A stretch of 64,000 nucleotides of DNA from Eledone cirrhosa (Eukaryota): the NCBI GenBank assembly GCA_964016885.1, contig OZ024743.1, positions 228,966,001 through 229,030,000 of the forward strand, in the 5' to 3' direction. This document shows, in pieces, positions 38,001-56,386 of the stretch. The notes under the pieces are model-generated. The model was not told the origin of the DNA, did not search any database, and saw only the letters and a program-made list of their open reading frames with translations. The translations under genes and the position numbers were made by a program. Position 1 is the stretch's first letter. Every line of letters begins with the position of its first letter.

Positions 38001-38938
38001 AAACTTAAAAGAACCAACACGGCTCTCTCAGAACTCATATGGTCCTTGAAAGACAAAAATATTAAATATAACATCTCTTGGGAGAAGGTTTCCTCTGCTT
38101 CTACATACTTGACCAGTTCTCTATCCAAGACTTGCAATCTCTGTCTGAATGAAAAATTTACCATTATATCTAATTTAGATTCTATAATAAAAAGACGCAC
38201 TGACTTGTTTTCTATCTGCTTACATAAATTCCACAGAACTTTCCATAAAGTATACAGCTAATATCCTAAACTTTATCAATTCAGAATCCTTTTCTCAAAG
38301 GCACATATATATATATACTTCATTAAAAATATACCCATCTTTCTACCTTATTTCAAAGTTATTTATCATATTCTATATGATTCCTATTCATCACTTCTCT
38401 TTCTTCCTTTACCTTTTCATTTCTTTTGCTTTTCATTTCTAACCCTTAATCTGTACCTTTTCTAACTGTGCCTAACATAGAATCAATTATTACACATACA
38501 CTATTATCTTACTTTATATCACCTTGAAAAATTCTTTTAATTTATACATTATCTTCCAATGGTTTTTCAACCTCTCTATGTAAAACAATATATTTTTCTC
38601 AGTTATAAAAGCTATCTCTCTCTCTCTATCAGCCATCTCTCCTCCTATATCATCTTTCCTCATTATACTCCTCCCCCTCCACTTTTTACTCTCAACTCCT
38701 CGTCTTTTTCACCCCCCCCCCCCAAAAAAAAAAAATGTTTCCCCAATATCACACATCAATCTAAAACTACTTTTCATATGTTTATTTAAAACTGCACTAT
38801 CCACAAGTGTTTTTAACCTTCATATCATGTCCTCATGTTTTATCTAATGAAAACACAAATGTTATTGCATGATGATATTTGTTTTTGAAATGCGCATAAT
38901 AAAATACATGGAACTCATTTAACCATCTTTTGATCTTA
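38001..38938 (+). mobile_element. Penelope-like element 3' fragment (endonuclease C-terminus, 3' UTR, HHR)
   Basis: Frame 38001-38261 reads [30 protein letters not shown]...[12 protein letters not shown]...[12 protein letters not shown] and is collinear with the 34917-35333 domain; bounded by TA arrays. Confidence 0.85.
38836..38906 (+). ncRNA. Type I hammerhead motif with a mutated core (CTAATGA), probably inactive
   Basis: TGTTTTAT-CTAATGA-long stem II-GAAA-TGCGCA-TA^ATAAAATA; helix III ATGCGCAT is a perfect palindrome. Confidence 0.7.
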
Positions 38939-38989
38939 TATATATACATATATACATATATATATATACATATACATACATATATTTAC

Positions 38990-39040
<51 letters not shown>

Positions 39041-39054
39041 TACATATACATATA

Positions 39055-39086
<32 letters not shown>

Positions 39087-39491
39087 CATATACATATACA
39101 TATATATATATATACATACATATATATATACATATATATACATATACATATATATACATATACATATACATATATATATACATATACATATATATACATA
39201 TACATATATATATACATATACATATACATATATATATACATATATATACATATATATATACATATATATATATACATACATATATATACATATATATACA
39301 TATATATATGTACATATATATACATATATATATATACATATATATACATATATATACATATATATACATATATATACATATATATATACATATATATACA
39401 TATACATATATACATATACATATATACATATATATACACATATATATATACGGAGGAGGTTATAGTTCACTTGAAGCATTGTGTAATGAGG

Positions 39492-39897
39492 TATAAACGT
39501 TAGAATATGTGTAATAAGGCCAAGACAATGCAGATATGGACATAGAAAAAAGAATGCAATAGTGAGAGATATTGATGAGAATTCGTCTTTCACCTTGAAT
39601 TTATTTAAATGTCCTTAATTTTCGAGATAATATCTCTTCTTCGGAGGGAAGTAAAAGTCTCAGACCAGCGTCTTAAATTTCCAATGAAGCCATGCATGGC
39701 TTCATTGGAAATTTAAGACGCTGGTCTGAGACTTTTACTTCCCTCCGAAGAAGAGATATTATCTCGAAAATTAAGGACATTTAAATAAATTCAAGGTGAA
39801 AGACGAATTCTCATCAATATCTCTCACTATTGCATTCTTTTTTCTATGTCCATATCTGCATTGTCTTGGCCTTATTACACATATTCTAACGTTTATA
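39492..39897. mobile_element. 406-bp spacerless palindrome with a minimal HHR-like motif in each arm
   Basis: Centre at 39694/39695 (GAAGCCATG|CATGGCTTC), with no mismatch found by eye. CCT-CCGAAGA-A-GAGAT-ATT-ATCTC-GAAA-AT-TA^AGG lies at 39742-39776. Confidence 0.85.
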
Positions 39898-43950
<4,053 letters not shown>

Positions 43951-44656
43951 ATACAAACATATACGTATGTGTGTATATATATATATGTATGTGGATGTAT
44001 GTACACACAAACTCACACAATCTCTTTCACTACTGCAGTGAGTATGACAAAATATAATAGGTATGTTTCTTGCCATCCATTTTAAATGCTAACATGGGTG
44101 TAAGAGTCTTTGTATAACTATTCCTTTACATATACACTGTTGGAGTATGTATTTTTACAGTTGGATAAATAAGATACCCCCTTTTCTACAGTTAACTACT
44201 CAACTGTAAGGTGGTATCTATTTTCAGCTTGGCAAACAAGAGTGATGTGTTTCACTTGCTATTGTTAAGCCTACGGTGGTATACATAGAAAAGGAGATGC
44301 ACAATCTGAACTCAAAACCTGGAAATTAATGCTAATTCAAATTGAAGACCATAAGGAACTCCAACTACTTCATTAGATGTCAGTCCACTTACTTCTCACC
44401 CCCGCCTCACCAGGGATGGATAAATCACAGCTGCTATTTACGTGTCTGTCATAATAACAAGCATTTTAACCCTTTCATACAATACTCTATTGTTTCACAT
44501 TGAATTCATTCTCACTTGTGGGCTACTAAAATCATCAGTTTAGATCACAATATATGCATGTGTGTATCTGTATTTGTACGTGTATATTATAGATGGATGA
44601 ATGAAAGGATGGATAAACAAGGTAAATAAATATAATATGTATTATATATTTATTTA

Positions 44657-45152
44657 GGTGGTGTAATGAGCAGTGCAGGAGGGTGCTCCAAGAGTATAGT
44701 AGCTTGAATAATGATAGGATGGAAGAAGTTTAGGGAGCAATTATATCTTTAGATAAAAGGTTTCTCCCTACAACTGAAAGGGTAGCTATATGAAGCCTGT
44801 GTGCAAAGTATGATGTTTCATGGTAGTGAGGCATGGACAGTGAACAGGAATTACAAAGCATGGATGAACTGAGAGAGAAGCTAGGTATAAGAAGATTCAG
44901 GAAATGACTGCTCTGTTATGTACATGGATGATGATTGTTGGGTAAAGAAATGTCAAGCAATACCAGTGGAGGGAAGCCACAGTAGAGGAAGACCAAGGAA
45001 AACTTGGGCAGAGGTGGTGAAAGCTGATCTCAATTCATTGAAGCCCACAGAGAAGACGGCAAAGGAATGTGATAGGTGGAAAGATGTTGTGCTGGACAAG
45101 ATCCATCCCACCCATACAAGCATGGAACAGCGGACATAAAATGATAATGATA
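44657..45152 (+). mobile_element. Old RTE 3' fragment
   Basis: GGATGGAAGAAGTTTAGGGAG..., peptide DDCWVKKCQAIPVEGSHSRGRPRKTWAEVV, and a GGACATAAAATGATAATGAT end. Confidence 0.8.
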
Positions 45153-48100
45153 TTATAAATATCTGAAATAGTTATATCTTGAAATCCAAATTATGATGTT
45201 AATCTGTAGAAATTTTCTGTTAACTTGAACTTCTTTACCAAACAGTATTGGACTAACAACGATATCCACAGTGTCTCATCCACTTTATATTGTAGCCTAC
45301 ATTATTGTACTTATTACAGAGTAATGCTTTCACATAAACTAAACATTTTTTAAATTGTTTTGTGTGATTTCTTTCTTAGATAAATAGAGACCATGCCATG
45401 TTATGACATGGGTCTTTAATTCCTCATGGAGTTGTAGGATACCTTCATAACATAACATGGCATAGACACTTAAACTTGGTGAAGCACATCCCTCTTCAAG
45501 TCTGAACACAGTCAATTTTTTCTAGAGTAAATGCAAGAATAAGAGTGATTAAATGAGAAACAGAGGTAGAGGAAAAAACAGACTGAATCTTGGATTAAAA
45601 CTTTATTTATTGTCCTAGAAGAACAAAAGCAAAGTTAACTGTGGTTGAATTTGAACTCAGAACACAGAAATCTGGAATGAATGTTACAACGCATTCTCTT
45701 TAATGTTCTAATAACTCTGCTAACTCAACTTTTTGATAAACAGAGGAACAAGGATAAAGAAAATACTAAAGGTGTTGATAAGTATATAAACCTCATTGTA
45801 ACTGAGGTATACTTTACACTGCCTTACAAAATTGCAGAACCTTTGAGAAAGTTGAAAGTGTTTTACCTCTTTTTTGAACGTATTTCTAATTAAATGCTTT
45901 CCATTTCAATTAACTAATGAAGAAATTTGAATGATTTACTAAAATTATCAACTATTTCATTATTCAGATATTGAATTAAGTAATGTTAGAATATTTTCAT
46001 TTAATTAGGAACCCTTTAAAATAGATAGTTTTGTATCATAGAATCACAGATGGTTTTGGTAGAATTGGTATTCAATGGATTTTTGTTACTATATTTCTAA
46101 TGCTTATGGTTTTCAAATAATTTTGAAAATAATCAAGAAATTTCTTCTTTTTAAGAAGAAGAATCAAGAAATTTAGTAAAATAACTTTTTCATTATTAAG
46201 CTGGTGTTAGGAACACAACAAAAGTTCTTACATATAATTATGATGGAAGGTTTTAGAGAAAAATAAATAGCAATGTATTATAAATGGTTTCAGGCCATTT
46301 GGTATCAAAAGGATTAAAAAGAAATTAAAACACTTTAAATCCCAATAGTTCCATTGTTTTTGTAATTATATCCATCAGGTCATGCATACTGGACAAAAGA
46401 AAGATGTAAAATAACACCCGAAGAAGACAACAAAAAATTCTCATTTAAAGAACTCTCAAGCTGAACATGATATTGTCAATAGCAAACTATTGGACTGTGA
46501 TTATTTCAGACTGCTCTACCACCTTCAATCACCACAACTCCCACATATTCTCTTATTTGTGTCGTTGTTATCCCATTCAAAACAAGAACAATATCATTGA
46601 GAAATTCGAACCATTTGATTATAAGTTTTTAGGGTGAAAAAATAAATAAAATATATGGTTTATGAATCAGCTAGCTGTTGGTTATAGTTGCCAAATATTC
46701 AGAATAAATCAGACACTTGAAACACCTTTAAGAATAGCAAAGCATGGCTCACCAATTATTTTAGATAATTACAGAGCACAACTGTTTAGCTTTTTATGTA
46801 TTAGCTATGCAAACAGTGTGACTATTGTACTATCTGTCATCAGCAAGGGTAACAAATTATTAACATATTAGAGAGGAATCTAAGCAGAGATAAAATTGAT
46901 TGTTATATGAATGTTAAATTGAAGAACCAGTGGAGTAGAGCAAATCAGCAGTAACATTAATACATGTCCATTGGCTTGCTAATGTAGAATGGGACAGTTG
47001 TTAAAGGGTACCTATCCACTGATGAAAGAATAGATTTGGACAACAATTGCAATGGTATTTAGTACACATAGTTTTAACAGTGTTACTACAACTATATCAG
47101 CATTACTAGCATTAGATGTATATAATTACTGCCTACCAGCTAACATACTAATGGAGTTAAATTGGTTGTCTGTAACAGGATACACAATTACCTTAATTAC
47201 ACAGAGCAGTTTAGTGTAGCCACATGGTAACTCTTAGGAATACAAATTATGAAGGGTCCCATAACTAAATTGAAATAACAGTAGGAACCAAAATTTAGAA
47301 TGCTGGTTGTGTAAGTGAACTGGGAGAATGAAGCTTGGGCTCAAGACATCCTATTATATACTACATTTGAGTAATACATGTTTGCTGAATTGTATAACTG
47401 TTTGTTGTTGTTTTAGTTACTTGAGCGAGCAGACCTCGGCTACCACTTATGTTGCCAACTCAGCTGAAACTACACATTTTAAAGGGTTTCTATTCAAATT
47501 CAAATTTTCTAGCATGATCTAATATAAAAACCATATGTTAAGTTACTATCAAAGTAATGAAAAACAATTTTAGTAAAACCATCAAAACCCTTCATTAATT
47601 AATTGAGAAAGAATGTATCTTATTGGTAATATGGTCATAAATGGGTTAAAAGCATTCAAGCCATGATAATTCCATCTTTTTTGTACAAGATTAGTGTACG
47701 TCGGACTGCATTATCCAATATACCCCTCCCCACACGCACACACACTTTTTGGGGGGAGGGAGGGCAACCACTACAATGTGATTTAAAGGAAACTTGGTTG
47801 CTATTGGTAGCATCATGTTGCAAAGTTGTTTGAACATAGTTGAACTTACTTTGTGGTATTTTGTCTTCATCTCAGTGCTCTGAATTTAAATCCTTCTGGA
47901 GAAAATTTTGTCTTTCATCCTTTTGGGTTTAATAATACATAGTACCAAACAAGGGTGTAAAAACATTCAGAATTCTTTGAATGATGAGATACCATGTAAT
48001 GTTTGTTATGGTTCTTTACATTCTAAGTTCAAATACCACCACTACCTACTTAGCTGGTAGACTTAATCCACTGCCTGGCTTAACCCTACCATCTTGCCAA

Positions 48101-49131
48101 AGGTTGCTTATAGCAATGTCCAGTCTGTTGCAAAGTTTCAGGCTAGGAGTCTGGCACGAAAATAGCTTCTGCCTTCATCCCATCAATCATAGGGCCCCTA
48201 AAAAAGGTAATGCATACTGCCCTTCCTACCCTGGCTAAAGAGCAAAATAATAATAGATATTTCCTGATTGATATTGGGTTTGTAAAGATTTAAACTTGGA
48301 CAATAAAATCTGTTAAGCAACCACTGTAAAGTGGTTGGTGAGAGGAAGGGCATCCAGCTGTAAAACATGCCAAAACTAAAGCATAAGTAAATAAGGCATT
48401 GTCATTCCAGCATATTTGAGAGGACAGTATCTCTAATTAAATACTGATTTGGTCCCTGATGATCTGCTCAAACCCTGGCAACATGGATAAATGGACATTA
48501 ACTTTTAACATAATGGTATGATTTAGTAGAAAAAAAGAAAGAAAATAGTTTGTTAATTCAAATGTTTACAGTATCTTTACCTTGGAAATTTGTAGTATTA
48601 GAGTAAAAATGTCAATTTTAATGTGATACGGTCATAGTGCTGTTTGTATTTTTCAAGAATGTCTTCTTGCTAATGGAGTTTCATGTGATACAAGATGTTA
48701 GGATTTAAATGATGATGATGATATTGTTCCATAACAATTACTTAGAACTGCAATATATGATTTGTGAGATGGAAAATATCATTTTAACCAATTTACTGAA
48801 TTACAGAAACATTCCAGTTAGATCAGGTTAGTGCTACAACAAATATATTTATGTATACATATAAATAAAGGCACCCAGAAACTTAGAATAAAAACCTTGA
48901 AATATATAAAAAAAAATAATCTAAAACATTTCATTGCCAAGATACATTTCGAACTAAAAGATATTATATATTATATATGAATGTGTGTGTATATATTTAT
49001 ATGTATAATGCACTATATATTATATATGAATGTGTGTTGTATATATTTATATGCACTATATATTATATATGAATGTGTGTTGTATATTTATATGCATTAT
49101 ATATTATATATGGATGTGTGTGTGTGTATAA

Positions 49132-49169
<38 letters not shown>

Positions 49170-49617
49170 ATGGAAATGGAAAGATTCTGAATAGAAAACA
49201 CCTACTTAAAGATGCTCTTAACAAGGAACATCTTTTAACAAGGGACATATCTTGTAGTGTTAAAATGCTATATTCATGGTTTCCTGCCATTTTCCCCAAC
49301 AAAGGTATATACTCAGGCTGCCATCTTGCTTATTGTAACCCATTGTGAGGGGGAAACAGAAGAAATATAGAAGAGATACAGAGAGGAGAAAAAGTAAAGA
49401 GATACAGAGAAGAAATAGAGAGAGAATAATGAAAGATCTATTGATTATTTCATATATTTATATATACCTAATGGATGAGAGGGAAAATACTAAACAATCA
49501 TAAATAGAAACAAGAAGAAATACAATATGTTTAATTAAGATGATATAGTGAATGAAAAAATATTTTAAAGTAGACTAATAGCTGACAGATATACAAAATA
49601 GTTTTTGATATATATGC

Positions 49618-49656
<39 letters not shown>

Positions 49657-49819
49657 AATATCTGTGTGGCCAATGTAGCAATTGGCTATGTATACAACTT
49701 TCATTTTGCAATGGAATTTATAAATCACATTGGTCATTTGTATCTTGGTCCCAGGTTTACATGCTTGTGGCTTATTAAGTTATTTTAGAGTTTTAGAGTT
49801 TTTACAGCATGTCTCGCAC

Positions 49820-50159
49820 CACCCCACTCTCCCATATATCCCCCATGAGGATAAATCAAAGTAAATGCATCCAGTAAAGGCCCCAGCCCACACTGTAATG
49901 TGGTCGTGTAGGTGTCATGACATATAGCACCTAGTCCATACTGTAAAGTGGTTGTGTAGGCGACATGACAAAAAGGCTCCCAGTACTCACTGTAAATGTG
50001 GTTGGCGTTAGGAAGGGATATCCAGCTGTTGAAACCATGCCAGAATCAGTTCTGTATGAGCAAGACATGGTCACCTGACCTAGCATTGCCCATAACAGGA
50101 CAACTTGTCTAATCTATGCTAGCACGGAGGAATGGACGTAAAACCATGATGATGATGAT
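49820..50159 (+). mobile_element. RTE 3' UTR fragment
   Basis: CACTGTAAATGTGGTTGGCGTTAGGAAGGG...GGACGTAAAACC(ATG)n. Confidence 0.75.
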
Positions 50160-50207
50160 CTATATAAACATATATCGTGTAGACGCGTTCTTGAGTAAAA
50201 TGAGGTA

Positions 50208-50295
50208 TCCTCTTGATAAGTCGGCAGACCTCGCAAGGACTCTATATCTTTGATATATTGTTTTTGTTTATGCCACGAAACTATGTAGTCGAGGA
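50208..50295 (+). ncRNA. Type I hammerhead motif, U3-A8 variant with a large loop II
   Basis: TCCTC-TTGATAA-GTCGGCA-(about 44 nt)-TGCCAC-GAAA-CTATGTAG-TC^GAGGA: 5-bp stem I and self-complementary helix III. Confidence 0.75.
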
Positions 50296-50412
50296 ATTTA
50301 GGAACAGTTTAGGTATGATACATTTTATTACTAATTATATCTAAATGTTTCTTCTCTCTTCATAATGTATATATGTATGTATATAGATATATATTTATTA
50401 AAATATTCTTCT

Positions 50413-50465
50413 GAGTTTCAGAAGATCCCGTTAAGGGTGAAAGCAGCGATTCTTTGCTTAAACTT
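50413..50465 (+). ncRNA. Hammerhead-like motif with a deviant core (CAGAAGA)
   Basis: GAGTTT-CAGAAGA-TCCC-GTTAA-GGGT-GAAA-GCA-loop-TGC-TT^AAACTT. All three helices pair, but there is a U4A change and a T-T pair at the base of stem II. Confidence 0.5.
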
Positions 50466-51173
50466 TAATCTGTTATTTTAATAAATATTTGCTCTAGGGT
50501 TCCTATATATTTGATATATATTTATCCTTATCGAGCCCTCTTTGGATTTTAGTCTTCACAGTTATTATTATTACTATTTATTACAATTACTATATGAATA
50601 TATATATATCTTTATTTAACATAAAAATAACTTCTATATGACAAGGACTGTTTCATTCTTATGAAAACACCTGGAAAGTCAGATAAAGTTTTGAATGAAA
50701 CAATTCAAATCTTGTAGAAGTCATTTCTATATTAAATAAAGGTGCTTATATTCTGCCAACTTATTGAGTTACTTTAACAGTGGTCATCTCTCAATCCCCC
50801 TTTAGGAATCTACTGATTAGAGAGAGAGACTGACACACATACACACATACATACATACATATAATAAGTATAATAAACAATAGGTATAACATGAAAATTA
50901 ACGTATTCTTAATACCTCCATAATTTTTTAAGGATAAACTTTTCTTGAATGTGTAGCCTTTGATTTACAGTCGTACGAACTTGGACTATCTCTTCTGTGA
51001 CATCTTTAAAGACAGAAGTCTTTCTCTTATGAGTCTTATAAGTGCATCTCTATGGTGGAATATATACATATATGTCTACCAACTGTACTGTAAATGTACT
51101 TGAAGACAAAACAGTGGGTAAGAAATAAATTTTGTTTTTAAATGTCTTGCTTTCTCCACCATATATTTCTGAT

Positions 51174-51476
<303 letters not shown>

Positions 51477-51535
51477 CCTTAGGAAGGGCATCCAAATCAT
51501 CATCATTATTTAATGTCTGTGGGGCGGAGGATTAA

Positions 51536-51711
51536 AAGTATCAGTAGAGGATCGGACACCATGCTTTGACACAGAGTTACAGCCCTTGCCTTTCTGAGTT
51601 CAAATTGCTCCGAGGTTAACCTTGCCTTTCATCCTTACGGGGTCGATAAAATAAAGTACCAGTAATGCACTGGGTAGTTGCTGGCCTTGTGCCAAAAGTA
51701 GAAACAATTAT
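51536..51711 (+). mobile_element. Meta-like tRNA SINE
   Basis: GAGTTCAAATTG..CCGAGGTTAACCTTGCCTTTCATCCTTACGGGGTCGATAAAATAAAGTACC...AGAAACAATTATT. Confidence 0.8.
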
Positions 51712-53066
51712 TTAATGTCTGTTTTGCCATGCTGATTTGGGTTCAATGGGTTATCACACTAAGCCAGTAATTAATTGGAATTATACTGACTCCTTCCCAG
51801 ACAAGCTGGAAGCCACATCTCACATTCTGGTTTCTATCATGACTTCTATTTCTTGATGCCCTTGCTGTCGCCAACTACTTTAAAGGATGTACTATGTGCA
51901 TTTTATCATAGCACCCACATTAGAGAGGTTATCATGTACTTGACAACTATGAATCTTCATCACCCTTTGTTTGGTGTAATTTCTATAGCTTAATGACCTT
52001 CCTAACACCATTGAAGAGTCCACTTAGAGGATAATATATTCAACTTGACATGTTAGCACCTAAAGAGGCTGAAGTTCCACAGTCGATATTTAAATGATTA
52101 ACAGTGATTGAAGTTCATCACCATCGTTTTTACATCTGCCTTTTCCATGCTAGCATGGGTTGAATGAGCTCATTAATGATGGATATGTGAACGTTTCAAG
52201 TTATTGCTCTGCTCTGCTTTACATTACATTTTTTTTTCACCTGGCTGCTGTTTTTGATGAGTTCATCTCCAAAATTAATATCTTTTCTTTTATTAAACAA
52301 TTCTATACACCCACAAGCCTGAAACTGTTTTATTTTGCAGCTTTCTTTGTATAATTGCCGTAAGCTTTGCATTTCTCGGAAATATCCACCATAGTTGTTT
52401 TCCTGTATAGATAAAATTAATGTCTCAATGCACTTCTAAGAGGAATAAATTTCATTCTTATATCACCATTATTATTATTTGTTTCATTCTTTATTCTGTA
52501 CATTAAAGCTTTTGTTTTCTTTCGCTTTGTTATGTTTTGTTTCTTCTTCCTCCTCAGCAAGAGACTCATCAGTACAATTGCAACTTCAATGAAAGAGATA
52601 AATAAATATTTTTCTGCATGTGTGACTAACTCTTTCTTTTCTTTACAACATGCCTCAACATGTTTGCTCAGACTGGAAATTGCAAGCTTTGTATTTTAAC
52701 ATTTTGAACAACATTTGTACTTATCAAAACTCTAAATAACTTCCTTCAGGCCATTTTGGTTTTACTAGCCATTTTCCCAGCCATTATACATGTCAATCAA
52801 AGACATATGTGAACCAGTTGAATGAACAGAGAGGATATTATTGAAGGTCACTAACTGAAAGATTTCTGCCAGATTACACTTGAACAAATGCAGAGCAAGA
52901 GCAATACTTATCCCCCCCCCCCTCTCTCTCTCTCTAGCTCTTCCTTCTTTCGACCCTTCCATTTTCCTTTCACTTTTTCCCCTCCTGCCATTAAGATGGC
53001 ATGTATGTAGTCAGACACCAGGTACTACACTTGGTGGAAAGGAGAAACTAACCTAAGATGGTTTAA

Positions 53067-53306
53067 CCCTTCAATTGCCATATTTCTAGTGAAAGACACT
53101 ACCTGATTTTCAAATCATTTAGAAGGTAATAAAAAAGTTGGATGTATTTATTAATATAACTAACTTTCTCATTATTAAGTTGATGTTTGTTTGAAACAAC
53201 AAGGTTTCTCATATAAAAGGTTTCCAGATAAATGTAGACACTTTAAAATAAACAGTAATATAACATAGAACCAGTGACAGTTTCAGGCAGTTAGTTATTA
53301 AAAGGG
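53067..53306 (+). mobile_element. piggyBac-like MITE
   Basis: TTAA|CCCTT ... AAGGG|TTAA ends. Relatives lie near 23730-23920, 28790-29030, 45840-46320, 57330-57560, 59575-59830 and 63275-63420. Confidence 0.7.
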
Positions 53307-53559
53307 TTAATAAATAAGAGAACCTTTAAAAATAACCCATGTTCATTTCCTGAACTTATAAATTTATAATATGAGAACCGACTTAATTTCATGTAAAAAA
53401 AAGAAAAAAATAGGAAAAGAAAAAAACGAATATTTAGAAAGAACATAAAAATGAAAATAAAAGAGAAAAAATATGAAAACCATTCAGAAAAGTAATTAAA
53501 AATAACCTTCAAGTCAAACATCTGCACAATTGCACATCTATATAGGTGTGTGTGTCGGG

Positions 53560-53595
<36 letters not shown>

Positions 53596-54065
53596 TAAGG
53601 AAACCTATATGGTGTATGTGTATATGTGTGTGTGTGTATATATATATATGGTAAGGAAACCTATATTAAGAAAGAGAGCCAAATGCATTAAAAAGTACCA
53701 AAGATCTAAAGTTATAAATAAGTAGGTTATATAATTATAAGTAGAATAAAATTCATGATGGTATAAACTTTTTATGGCAATGTGTTATATCTTCATTTTC
53801 AACATTTGCTATCCACCATTGGAATTAAAGACTATTATAGGTAGTAAAAGAAACTGAGATTTCTTTATGATTAACAAAAATATCAGTATGGGCATAATGC
53901 AGTGGTCTCACTCATGCTCAAGGCTGGCATTTGCATTGGGCAATCAGAACAAAAAGTGTGTGTGTCTATACATATATGCTAAAAGTAAATGGACACAATA
54001 AAGCAAACAACATAGTACAATGAAAAAATGTATAAATTTAATTCTTGATATAGTAGAAAAAGTGT

Positions 54066-54099
54066 CTTTACGTTTTGGACACTAATCCTTCATCAGAAT
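54066..54099 (-). ncRNA. Decayed minimal hammerhead-like motif
   Basis: Minus strand CTGATGA-A-GGA-TTAGTG-TCC-AAAA-CG-TA. GAAA is mutated and stem I is weak, but it is preceded by a pyrimidine tract and TA repeat like the other PLE ends. Confidence 0.35.
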
Positions 54100-54982
54100 A
54101 TAGAATGAGAAATAAAAGATGAAACAGAAAGATAGAGAGTGAGAAGAGGAAGGAAAGGAAAACAGATTTTGGAGAAAAAGCATGTATATGTATATATGCA
54201 TATATATATGCGTGTGTGTTTGTGTGTGTATATATATATGTATATATATATATATATGCATATATATATTCTTATAAAATGTAGGAATCTAAAATACAGA
54301 ATAAACTGTAACCACAGTTGATTGATATAATAATAGCTTTAAAAAATCTGGTAAAATACCCTTACATATGTATATATAAATGTACAGGTATGGTTGTGTG
54401 ATCAAGGAGTTCAATTTGCCTCCATATTGTTTCAGATTTAGTCCCATTGTACTGCAATTCTGCAATGGAACAGTGTCAATGAAGTGACCAAGACTTAATA
54501 TGACTGAAATGTTGACACCAAGAAATAAATGTTAAATTTAAAGTGAAATTATAAGTTTTGTATGTTTCTGAATGATGGCGAAAATGACTCTTCCACAGTG
54601 TAGTTGCTTTAGTTTCAACACAGTTTGAGATCAAGTCATTCACTAGACATGTAAAGATGTGGTGACTGTTTCAAAAACAGAAATTTAGAACTTTATAAAA
54701 AAAATGATATACTTTAACTGCAAGGCTGAATATAAACAAAGCATTTTTAGTAAACAATTTGATTTTCAGTAAATATAATTGAGTGAAAGCAAGTAGAAAT
54801 AATTCCAGAGGAAGAAATAGATCAAATAGATATAATAAAATCAACAAAACAAGTGTTTGAAATTATGACTTGAAAACTAAATTGACTACTTTGTAGCTTA
54901 ATTTCGGTAAAGTAATTTTAATTCTGCAACTATATATGCATGGAAGCATTACTAAAATATGTTTCATACTATGAAGTCATGT

Positions 54983-55112
54983 TGGCTTATTGGTTAGGAT
55001 GTGCAGCACCTGATGATAAGGTCACGGGTTTGATTCTCAGACCAAGTGGTGCACTGTGTCCTTGAGCAAGACACTATTTTACATTGCTTTAGTCCAAGCA
55101 GCTGGCAAAATT
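54983..55112 (+). mobile_element. CORE-like SINE head and core
   Basis: TGGCTTATTGGTTAG...GGTTTGATTCTC...TGTGTCCTTGAGCAAGACACTATTTTACATTGCT. Weaker relatives lie at 61670-61785 (+) and 63865-63950 (-). Confidence 0.7.
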
Positions 55113-56386
55113 CAGTTGTACCTGTAATTCAAAGGTTACAAAATGTAATGCTGACTCTCCCTGAGAACTATGTAATGGAACAATAAACAGAGGTACAGAC
55201 AAACATGTTAGATACTTATGAATCTTATTGCTAAAAATTGAAGGAACCCACCACCATGAAATAATAGCTTGCAATAATACGTACCAAGCACTGAAAATAA
55301 TAACAGCTAGAATGTGTGTTGATTTGCCCCAGGAGAAATGTGCTAGTTAAAAGAACCATTACATAAAAAAATAGTTGCTTTCTCTAATTTAACCATAATA
55401 GAAAAGTTAGCAAATTCCCTTTGGTAACAATGTAACAGCAGTCACTCTCTCAAAGGCGACAACATTCTGAAATTGAAATAAATAACACACATGGGGATAG
55501 TCAATTTTCTTTTTGAGACTGAGAAAAATATTAGATTCTGTAAAAATGTATGGATCAATGTGTGTCTTAGTATGTGCTTATATGTGTGTGTGCATCTGCA
55601 TCTGCACATGCATGTTTGAGTGTTTGTGTGTATGTATGTATGCTTGCACATTAGAATAGGTGTGTGTGTATGTCAGTTTCTATATACTTGATTATATGTG
55701 TCGGTGTATGTATGCTTATCAATGTATGTGTTTCCAAAGATGTGCACATACATGTATATTTGAGTGTGTGTGTGTGTCTGTATAAGACCCAGGTGTTAGT
55801 GTGTGTGTGTATGTTAGTTTGCCTGAATATATTTGGTTATATGTGTCTAGGTATGTGTGCTTATCTGTGTATGTGTTTGTATCCCAATCTATTGAACAAA
55901 AATTCTATTTTTTAATACTAACACCTCCTACTAATACTACTAGCAGCAGCCAATCTTAGTGTGTAAGAAATAGCACCAAAATGGCCATCAAATCACATCC
56001 TACCATCTTTTAAATGGAAAGGGGAAAATCAACAACTTTCAGTTACTCTGCTATAAAATCATCTCATCCTCACTCCTTTGCTATTTCTAACACAGCCTAA
56101 ACTCCTCCAACCAGCTTTTTACAAGAAACTCTTTAAAAATGTTATAAGTGATAAGAAGCCAACACAGCACAATAAAATAAAATAAATAAATAGCAACATA
56201 AAAAAGGTTGATTGAACAAAGATTTTGAATTCCTATAGGTTATTTTATTGTATCTCTGAATAAGCAGCTATTTTATCTTTTATCTGAGTTTGGGAAACTG
56301 CAGAACAAGACAGAAAAAATACATCCTAGTTGTAAATGAACTGATTTGTGAAAGGACAAGAAAGGAGCAGAATTTGAATGAGTTAA

